From assembly GCF_002201895.1 (NCBI RefSeq), contig NZ_CP019436.1, positions 1,059,867 through 1,091,866 on the forward strand: 32,000 nt of DNA, in the 5' to 3' direction. The notes beneath the pieces are model-generated. The model made no database searches. It saw only the letters and a program-made list of their open reading frames with translations, and was not told the origin of the DNA. The DNA is from Methanopyrus sp. SNP6 (lineage in GTDB: Archaea > JAADCQ01 > Methanopyri > Methanopyrales > Methanopyraceae). The first letter of the stretch is position 1, and every line of letters begins with the position of its first letter. This document shows positions 15,816-22,157 of the stretch, one piece after another. The position numbers were made by a program, and so were the translations under genes.

Positions 15816-16602
15816 GGCTCTCATCGTCGTGATCATCGCGACGCTGACGGTTCCGTATTTCGTGTTCTATGGTAAGCCGCGCGGTCCCGGGTACCCTACG
15901 GAGCTGTACGGGTATCGGATCGTACTGAAAGATCCGGCGCTCGCGGTGGTGGACGTGGAACCCAGACGGACCCTGCTGTTCAGGCACACGCTTACGGTGT
16001 CCGATGAGGGTTGGTCCGTGTATCCTGTTCTCGATATACCTCCACTGATACTCGTGCGCGCGGAGCGCATGGATGCCCTCGAAACGGTTAAGAGGAACCT
16101 GTGGGCGGTTGTACTGCAGGAGGGAGCTGGACGTGTGTTCATGCCCGACGAGTTCGTTGAGGGTGGTGTTCCGGGACTCATCACAGGCATAGCCGGCCAG
16201 GCTTGGGCCTGGAAACATCTGAAATGGGCCAGAGAGTTCGGAGTTATTCACGGGCTACGTCGGTACGCTAAGGAGGTAGGACCCGAGCGCGTTTCTACCG
16301 CTATCTTAAAAGAGTATAGGAAGGCACCGTGGCGGGCGGTCCTAGATTTCTGTTACATGATGAAGAACAGCGAAGTAGGGAGATTCCTACGCTCACGTGG
16401 GCTTTCCTTCAGGGATTTCCTCACCAGTAAAGATCCGAAACTAGTGGCGGAAGTCCTAGTCGTGTTGGACCTGGGGAGGCTTGACAAGCGAGTAGTTAAG
16501 GAAAGAATACGGTACGTGTTGGATGCAAGGGCTTACCCCATCCCTAAGCTGGAAGAAAAGATCATGGATAAGGCGGCGCATGAGCTGCTACATCATGGAT
16601 GA
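15787..16602 (+). CDS. Hypothetical membrane-anchored 271-aa protein
   Basis: It has an N-terminal TM (ALIVVIIATLTVPYFVFY) and coding-like composition, and overlaps the upstream OB-fold gene by 11-29 nt depending on the start (GTG 15787 or 15805). I recognise no family. Confidence 0.5.
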   Translation: MWIRQYVLGKALIVVIIATLTVPYFVFYGKPRGPGYPTELYGYRIVLKDPALAVVDVEPRRTLLFRHTLTVSDEGWSVYPVLDIPPLILVRAERMDALETVKRNLWAVVLQEGAGRVFMPDEFVEGGVPGLITGIAGQAWAWKHLKWAREFGVIHGLRRYAKEVGPERVSTAILKEYRKAPWRAVLDFCYMMKNSEVGRFLRSRGLSFRDFLTSKDPKLVAEVLVVLDLGRLDKRVVKERIRYVLDARAYPIPKLEEKIMDKAAHELLHHG

Positions 16603-17516
16603 AGCTCGATCCCGAGGGCTTCACAGATCTCCTTGTATCGGTTTCGGATAGTAACTTCAGTAACTCGAGCAACCTCCGCGATCTCCTTCTGAGTACGTCT
16701 CTCTCCCTCAAGAATAGACGCTATGTATAGTGCAGCCGCGGCTACACCAGCCGGTCCCTTACCCACGGTGATGCCTTTCTCTTTGGCCTTCTCGATAATC
16801 TCTTGAGCCTTAGCCTGGACGTTCTCGGAGACCCCTAACTTTGAGGCGAACCTGGGCAGGTGATCGGAGGGTTCAGCCGGCTTCTGCTTCAGGTTCAGCC
16901 GACGTTGCAGTACTCGATAAGCCCGGAGTACCTCGTTTTCATCCGAGACTCCAAGCGCCTCCGCGATCTCGCGGGCAGTCCGGGGCACGCGAGCTTCTTT
17001 GCACGCGGCGAACACCGCAGCTCCCAAAACGCTCTCTATGCCGCGGCCACGCACGATCCCTTCTTTGTACGCCTTCCTGTATATCGAGGCGGCGAGTTCC
17101 CTGACCGACTCGGGTAGCTGGAGCTTGGACGCGAGATTCTCCAGCTCCAGAAACGCCTGGAAAAAGTTCCTTTCCCTACTTCCAGATACTTTGATACGTG
17201 CATCCCAGGTACGGATGCGCCGCATCCGGGGGTTCTTTTTCCCACCGGAATCGCGCAACTCCCGGTCTATAATCGTGGATATTCCCTTATCCGGTAACCT
17301 CAGCTTAACGGGCTCTCCAGTTCGAGACCTCCGTTGCCTCTGGTCCTGGTTAAAATGCCGCCACTCAGGGCCGGGATCTATCACCGGATCTTCAGTGACC
17401 AGTCCGCAGTCCGCGCAGACGTACTCACCCCGCTCTTCATCGAAAACAATTTCTGCGGAACCACACACCGGACACTCTTCCGTGAGCTTCCCGGGATTCT
17501 TTCCAGAAGCAGCCAT
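16593..17516 (-). CDS. tfb: Transcription initiation factor TFB (TFIIB homologue)
   Basis: Zn ribbon CPVCGSAEIVFDEERGEYVCADCGLV, B-finger/linker, and two cyclin repeats (AFLELENLASKLQLPESVRELAASIYRKA...; ...EIAEVARVTEVTIRNRYKEI). Confidence 0.96.
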   Translation of the reverse strand: MAASGKNPGKLTEECPVCGSAEIVFDEERGEYVCADCGLVTEDPVIDPGPEWRHFNQDQRQRRSRTGEPVKLRLPDKGISTIIDRELRDSGGKKNPRMRRIRTWDARIKVSGSRERNFFQAFLELENLASKLQLPESVRELAASIYRKAYKEGIVRGRGIESVLGAAVFAACKEARVPRTAREIAEALGVSDENEVLRAYRVLQRRLNLKQKPAEPSDHLPRFASKLGVSENVQAKAQEIIEKAKEKGITVGKGPAGVAAAALYIASILEGERRTQKEIAEVARVTEVTIRNRYKEICEALGIELHP

Positions 17517-17531
17517 TCTCGATACACCCCA

Positions 17532-17813
17532 TCATCTGCGGCGGCGGGGTCGACCCCGCCGCCTACGGGGAGGCCTCCGCCGCCGTTTAGGTGGTATGAA
17601 AAGCTCCTTCCCGACGAACCTCTCGAGGTGGTGTCGAGACTTATCTCGGACGGCCACGTAGGGCTTATCCGCAGGTCCAAAAACGTCTACAATAACACCT
17701 ACGCGCTCACGACGGCGAGTTACAACGGGTGCCCCTAAAGGCGGTACGTGATCGGCCCTCGCGATGAGATTTCCCCTGGGCGTAACGTGGAGGGCGCGCC
17801 CCAGCCTGCGCAT
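17532..17813 (-). CDS. gar1: H/ACA RNP protein Gar1 with Arg/Pro-rich C-terminal tail
   Basis: LGRALHVTPRGNLIARADHVPPLGAPVVTRRRERVGVIVDVFGPADKPYVAVR matches the Gar1 barrel (G.v.h....livk.....p.lg..V......iG.v.dvfGPv..PY). The gar1-tfb adjacency is the usual archaeal arrangement. The tail is KRRRRPPRRRRGRPRRRR. Confidence 0.8.
   Translation of the reverse strand: MRRLGRALHVTPRGNLIARADHVPPLGAPVVTRRRERVGVIVDVFGPADKPYVAVRDKSRHHLERFVGKELFIPPKRRRRPPRRRRGRPRRRR
17540..17563. repeat. Perfect 24-nt palindrome GGCGGCGGGGTCGACCCCGCCGCC
   Basis: Checked base by base: positions 17540-17551 are the exact reverse complement of 17552-17563, and the flanking pair 17539/17564 mismatches. It lies in the last codons of gar1, 9 nt upstream of the tfb SD (GGGGTG) and 23 nt upstream of the tfb ATG. 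Confidence 0.95.
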
Positions 17814-17848
17814 GACGACACCTCCTACACGTTACTGCTTAACTCGAA

Positions 17849-17866
17849 GTTTTTATCGTTTTTGGC
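17849..17866 (-). promoter_or_regulatory. Putative TATA/BRE region of the gar1-tfb unit (minus strand AAAACGATAAAAAC)
   Basis: This is the only A/T-rich block in the 80-nt spacer, ~40-50 nt upstream of the gar1 ATG. GGAGGTG lies 6 nt before the ATG. Confidence 0.3.
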
Positions 17867-17893
17867 ACTCTAGAACCCACGACCCAGACTTCA

Positions 17894-18370
17894 TTATCTG
17901 TTGGCACATTCCGAGCACACATCGAGTTTCTTGTTGCCCTTGAACTTCTTCCCACACACCTTACACGTACACTCGTACAGCTTTGCTCGCTTACCTTCGA
18001 GCTCGGCTTCCCTCTTGATCCGGCATGTCCTCTCTAGCTCTCGACGGAGGTAGAACCAGGTATCGCCGAACACGTCCCTACCACGCATTACCACTCTCCT
18101 GGCGACCTCGAGTCCATTGTCGTCACTATTATTCATAGCACGTACCATTGCACTCAAGAACTGACGCTCTCGATACCTGTAAAGGTCTATAGCGTCGTTG
18201 GGGCAGACACGCACGCACTTATCGCAAGCGTCACATGCCTCCAGGTCTGCGATGACCACCTCTTCATCCTTGATTTTCAACACTCCTCTCTCACAAACCT
18301 CAACGCAGAGCGCGCAGGAGGCTCCATCACATCTGGTCCGGTCGATCTCGATACGACGGACTACCTGCAC
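17894..18370 (-). CDS. Ferredoxin-domain protein (2 x [4Fe-4S]-type Cys motifs) with helical linker and C-terminal zinc ribbon
   Basis: CDGASCALCVEVCE (Cx4Cx2Cx3C) and CDACDKCVRVCP (canonical CxxCxxCxxxCP) at the N-terminus; C-terminal CTCKVCGKKF...CSEC. GTG start at 18370 preceded by a G7 run. Confidence 0.7.
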   Translation of the reverse strand: MQVVRRIEIDRTRCDGASCALCVEVCERGVLKIKDEEVVIADLEACDACDKCVRVCPNDAIDLYRYRERQFLSAMVRAMNNSDDNGLEVARRVVMRGRDVFGDTWFYLRRELERTCRIKREAELEGKRAKLYECTCKVCGKKFKGNKKLDVCSECANR

Positions 18371-18398
18371 CTATGCTCCCCCCCGGGGAGGATCGGAG

Positions 18399-18791
18399 TT
18401 GGACATAAGGGTTCGAGAAGATGACGGCGACGTGATCTTAGAGTTCTATGCGGAGGACGGCAAGTCGGTCGAAGTTTCAACGCGTGCGTTTTACACGGTA
18501 ATATACCTGAACCGCCAGGATCCTATCGAGAAGACGAAGGAGTTGTTCATTAAGGTCTCGAAGATCCTCGGCGAGGAACAACCCGAGATCTCGGTGCGGC
18601 GAGAGGAGTACCCTTCGGGTCACATCCTGAATCCGTGGGTAGCCAACTCGGAGGGTGCTGACGACGTATGGCCGCTGGTCTTCGAGGTGAAATCGAAGGG
18701 TGGAGTAGCGTGGGAGTTCACGTTACTTGTTCCCGTAAGGTTGGAGGGCCGGCGACTCAGGGAGATACTTTTAAAAGTTTTCAGATCTTGA
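18399..18791 (+). CDS. Hypothetical 130-aa protein
   Basis: The track ORF 18198..18791 runs antisense through the ferredoxin gene in its first 170 nt. I start at TTG 18399 (GGGGAGGA SD 6 nt upstream). Coding-like composition (DIRVREDDGDVILEFYAEDGKSVEV...). No family recognised. Confidence 0.45.
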   Translation: MDIRVREDDGDVILEFYAEDGKSVEVSTRAFYTVIYLNRQDPIEKTKELFIKVSKILGEEQPEISVRREEYPSGHILNPWVANSEGADDVWPLVFEVKSKGGVAWEFTLLVPVRLEGRRLREILLKVFRS

Positions 18792-18822
18792 TCGCCCGAT
18801 CTCCCGCGGAGGTGATATCATC

Positions 18823-19758
18823 TTGTACCCGAGAGGGAGGAAAGCTACCCTCGCGGCCATCTTGCATACCATACTGCGGGACCGTCCCTCGACGCAGAAA
18901 GAGATCGCAGAGAAGGTTGGTGTCTCCCGGCGATATGTTACGGAACTCCTAAGACCGCTCATCGAAGAGGGCGCTGTTCGAAGGACGTACACAGTCGACA
19001 TGTCGAAGCTCAGACGCCATTTCCCCAAATTATTCGAGGAGCTCGGAAACTTCCTGTACGAAGATGTAGAGATGCACTTAGAGGGCGTCCGACCCTACTT
19101 CAAACGCATGACTGACCTGACCCTCGAGCAAATCGAGACGGCTCTCATCGCGGTCGAGGAGAACCCAGAACAGGCTCCTAAGGTTATCGAGATGGACGAG
19201 GAAGTGAACCGATTGGACGAAGAAATACGTCTCTACGTCCGGACGCTTCCAGTTCTCCATCCTTGTGAGGAAGCTGGCAAGGTGGCGACCCTACTGCTGG
19301 AGATCTCGCACTGTATCGAGCGGATAGGGGACTACGCGTGCAACATCGCGGAGGTGGCTGAAACACTCGGGACACTGTCCGACCTGCAGTGCTGGAGGGA
19401 CGTGCGCGAGGCCGCCCTGGAAGCTCGTAGAATGGTGGAAACCGCGTACAGCGTTTTCCTCGGTCGGGTGAAGAAGGAGGACCTGCGCGATGAAGCTGAA
19501 AAGGTATACTGCGCCGAAGATCGTGTCCACAAAAACATAATCAAGGCGTGTGAGAAGGCCGTTGAGGAAACGAAAGAGTTTCCTAAAAAGGCCGACCGGC
19601 TGTTCGGTCTTTCCCGGATCACGAAGGACATCGAGCGCATCGCGGATAAGGCCGTAGACGTTGTAGATTTCACGCGCGAGCTCGTGGAGGGTAGGCCTAG
19701 GGATCTCACACCTGAGCAAGAGATGAGGAGCACCCTACCCGCTGACGGCACTTATTAG
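18823..19758 (+). CDS. Winged-HTH + PhoU-domain regulator (phosphate-uptake-regulator-like)
   Basis: N-terminal wHTH (STQKEIAEKVGVSRRYVTELLRPLIEEGAVRR), then two PhoU-type repeats with EISHCIERIGDYACNIAE and RITKDIERIADKAVDVVD. TTG start with a perfect GGAGGTGAT SD. Confidence 0.75.
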   Translation: MYPRGRKATLAAILHTILRDRPSTQKEIAEKVGVSRRYVTELLRPLIEEGAVRRTYTVDMSKLRRHFPKLFEELGNFLYEDVEMHLEGVRPYFKRMTDLTLEQIETALIAVEENPEQAPKVIEMDEEVNRLDEEIRLYVRTLPVLHPCEEAGKVATLLLEISHCIERIGDYACNIAEVAETLGTLSDLQCWRDVREAALEARRMVETAYSVFLGRVKKEDLRDEAEKVYCAEDRVHKNIIKACEKAVEETKEFPKKADRLFGLSRITKDIERIADKAVDVVDFTRELVEGRPRDLTPEQEMRSTLPADGTY

Positions 19759-19769
19759 GGGGGTGCCGG

Positions 19770-20486
19770 TTGTATTACATCGGGCTCGGCGGATTCGGCT
19801 GCCGGTTCTCCACTCACGCCTCAAACGCAGGTCTTGAGGTGATCCTCTGCGCGGGATCTAGAGGAGACCTACTGCGTGTATCGGAAGGCGAGAAAATCGA
19901 GGTGGCCAGCGGTATCGGGTTCAGTCGGGACTGGTGTAAGGCTTCCGAGGAGCTGCAAGAGCAAGCGGAGACTATCCGCGAAACGCTGGAAAGGGTGGGT
20001 GCTGAGGAACCCACGGTTCTAGCTTTCGGTCTCGGTGGAGCCGTCGGATACGCTTTAGCGCAGCAGATCCTGAAGGAGCCTCCGGTACCCTTCATCGTAC
20101 TGACCACGGTTCCGGGAGAATCGGAGGACCCTCAGGTGCGTCGCAACGCCGCCGAGCAGGTGAAGAGCGTCCTGGGAGTGTCTATCAAGCTTCCCGTCCT
20201 CTGGGTGGACAACGCGTTAGGTGGGTATGAAAGGGTTAACAGGGTACTCGAGAGAACACTCCTCGACCTCCGAGACTTCCTGGGCGTGCCCGTGGAGGAG
20301 CTCCCGAACTTGGCCGGTAACTACGCGTTGTCACCTTCGATCTCCGGAGAGAGGGTGACCGGGGACGTCGTCAAGACATCGGCGGATGAGGTCAGGAAGC
20401 TGGTGGAGAGTAGAGAGCCAGAGGAACATGTGGTTCGACGCGAGCGCCGTGGGCCCGATCCGGAGTCGCTGAGAGAATTGTTCTAA
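19770..20486 (+). CDS. Divergent FtsZ/tubulin-superfamily protein: GTPase domain only, degenerate GTP-binding loops
   Basis: Collinear with FtsZ N-domain landmarks: IGLGGFGCR (T1), SGIGFSRD (T3), TVLAFGLGGAVGYALAQQI (T4/tubulin signature position), FIVLTTVPGESE (T5), VLWVDNA (T6), then an H7-like helix. It ends after a charged linker with PDPESLRELF. TTG start with a GGGGGGTG SD. Confidence 0.5.
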   Translation: MYYIGLGGFGCRFSTHASNAGLEVILCAGSRGDLLRVSEGEKIEVASGIGFSRDWCKASEELQEQAETIRETLERVGAEEPTVLAFGLGGAVGYALAQQILKEPPVPFIVLTTVPGESEDPQVRRNAAEQVKSVLGVSIKLPVLWVDNALGGYERVNRVLERTLLDLRDFLGVPVEELPNLAGNYALSPSISGERVTGDVVKTSADEVRKLVESREPEEHVVRRERRGPDPESLRELF

Positions 20487-20498
20487 GGGTGAACCGAT

Positions 20499-20735
20499 AT
20501 GTCGAGGAAAGCCAGAGTGACGCTCACACTCTCCGAGGATGCCTTGGCCCGGGTCCTAGCGACTAAAGACGCCCTCGAAGGAGACAGCATTTCGGCCACC
20601 GTCGGCAAGTTGGTGAAGTTCGGATTCGCGTACCTCAGGGAGAAGTTCCCTGAACTGTTCGAGGGTATAAACCTTGAGGAATACCGTGAGAAGGCGCGTG
20701 AGCGCTGGTTCGATTCCGGATCCTCTCGGTCATAG
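20499..20735 (+). CDS. Small ribbon-helix-helix (CopG/Arc-like) protein, tentative
   Basis: KARVTLTLSEDALARVLATKDAL..DSISATVGKLVKFG fits a beta-strand/helix/helix RHH pattern. ATG with GGGTGA 6 nt upstream, 12 nt after the FtsZ-like gene. Confidence 0.45.
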   Translation: MSRKARVTLTLSEDALARVLATKDALEGDSISATVGKLVKFGFAYLREKFPELFEGINLEEYREKARERWFDSGSSRS

Positions 20736-20776
20736 TTTTTAAACTCGGGTCAGAGGGGTCCCTCCAGGGAACCGCG

Positions 20777-21940
20777 TTGCGTGCACCTGAAGGCTTCCTT
20801 CTTGGTGGTATCAAACGCGAAGGTATAGGAGTTGGGTTAATCTTCTCGGAGCGTCGATGTGCCGTAGCGGGCACCTTCACTGAGAACACCCTCCGCGCCG
20901 CTCCGGTGGAGTACTCCGAGGAGGTGTGCGAGCGAGGTGTCGCCCGCGGAGTGATAGTGAACAGTGGTCACGCCAACGCGATGACGGGTGAGGATGGATA
21001 TCAAGACGTACTGCGCACTGCGGAAGCGATCGCCGAGCTAACGGGGGCTCCGGAGGACGAAATAGTGGTGTGTTCTACTGGCGTGATCGGTGAGCGACCC
21101 CCTGTCGATAAGATTGTGGAGTACGCGCGCGAAGTTTGGGAGGATATGGGATCCACTGAACGGCACGTTCTGGAGTTTAGTCGGGCCATCTTGACCACAG
21201 ATACTGAGGAGAAAATAACTTTGTACGAGGGCGATGGTTGGTCACTCCTCGGAATCGCGAAGGGTGCTGGTATGATACATCCGAACATGTCCACTATGCT
21301 CGCATTTTTGCTCACCGATGTGGGAGTGAAACCAAAAGAGCTTCAGATGTGGCTTCGTGAGGTCGTGAACGACACATTCAACATGATAACGGTAGATGGA
21401 GATGAGAGCACTAATGATTCCGTAGTGCTGCTAGCGAACGACAGCTCGAACCTCAAAGTCGGCAGAGATGTCACTATCACGGAGTTCCAACGCGCCCTGG
21501 AAGAGGTCTGTACGGAGCTCGCTGAGAAGATTGTACGAGACGGTGAAGGGGCGACGAAGCTAATGATAGTACGCGTACACGGTGCGAGTAATGAAGCAGA
21601 GGCTCGGCGTGCGGCCCGCGCGATAGCATCCTCAAACCTGGTGAAGGCGGCGCTGTTCGGCGAGGATCCGAACTGGGGACGGATCGGAGCCGCCATCGGG
21701 GCCGCACGCGTCGACGTCGATCCTGACGAGTTACAGATAGCTTTCCGCAGCTCAGAGGGCGAGATAGTGGCCTACGAAGGAGGTCCTGTGGATTTTGACG
21801 AAAAGAAGGCTAAGCGCGTTCTCTCCGCGAGCGAAGTTGAGATTGTGGTGGACTTAGGAGTAGGTGACGCGTCCGCCCGCGCGTGGGGGTGTGACCTAAC
21901 GTACGAGTACGTGCGGATCAACGCGGAGTACAGGACCTGA
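20777..21940 (+). CDS. argJ: Bifunctional glutamate N-acetyltransferase / amino-acid acetyltransferase (ornithine acetyltransferase)
   Basis: GF..GGIK, GVIVNSGHANAMTG, KGAGMIHPNMSTMLAFLLTDV (autoprocessing site before T), DGDESTNDS, and C-terminal CDLTYEYVRINAEYRT. Confidence 0.93.
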   Translation: MRAPEGFLLGGIKREGIGVGLIFSERRCAVAGTFTENTLRAAPVEYSEEVCERGVARGVIVNSGHANAMTGEDGYQDVLRTAEAIAELTGAPEDEIVVCSTGVIGERPPVDKIVEYAREVWEDMGSTERHVLEFSRAILTTDTEEKITLYEGDGWSLLGIAKGAGMIHPNMSTMLAFLLTDVGVKPKELQMWLREVVNDTFNMITVDGDESTNDSVVLLANDSSNLKVGRDVTITEFQRALEEVCTELAEKIVRDGEGATKLMIVRVHGASNEAEARRAARAIASSNLVKAALFGEDPNWGRIGAAIGAARVDVDPDELQIAFRSSEGEIVAYEGGPVDFDEKKAKRVLSASEVEIVVDLGVGDASARAWGCDLTYEYVRINAEYRT

Positions 21941-21943
21941 CCA

Positions 21944-21970
21944 CCTCCCGTCTTGAGGGATGAAATTTTT
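21944..21970 (+). terminator. Possible argJ terminator: weak hairpin plus oligo-T (ATTTTT)
   Basis: A 4-bp stem (CCTC/GAGG) is followed by T5 at 21966-21970, a few nt after the argJ TGA. Archaeal termination typically uses oligo-T tracts. Confidence 0.3.
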
Positions 21971-22157
21971 CGGGGGCGGTTCATAGTCTCTCTGTTCGGG
22001 ATCACGCCTCTCACTGTGCAGTCAGTCGAGCCGAATGCATGGGCAAATAACAGGTAGGTTCGTGGCGATTCCGGATCACCGATCAATTCGTGGTCGCTCG
22101 GAACCCGAGAATGAGAACCCTCTTCCCTTTCAACCCAAGAGGAGGATCGCTAAGGGC

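Noticed and set aside
16999-17661. 220-aa + strand ORF over tfb/gar1 (and 17334..17738)
   Set aside because: It is antisense to two well-recognised genes and has low-complexity Ser/Arg/Pro composition.
22035-22157. In-frame ATG 22035 giving a 41-residue N-terminal extension on the LOR/SDH-type enzyme
   Set aside because: Family members begin just before the ..L.GHIIDS.. block. The extension is Arg/Pro/Gly-rich and non-coding-like, and good SD boxes precede GTG 22158 and TTG 22173. It is kept only as an alternative.
21941-22157. Looked for a C/D-box or H/ACA sRNA or a tRNA in the largest spacer
   Set aside because: GGATGAA (21958-21964) and AATGAGA (22109-22115) only loosely resemble C boxes. 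No properly spaced CTGA D box or terminal stem was found, and there is no tRNA-like GTTCGAATC/T-arm or cloverleaf. This is insufficient for an RNA-gene call.
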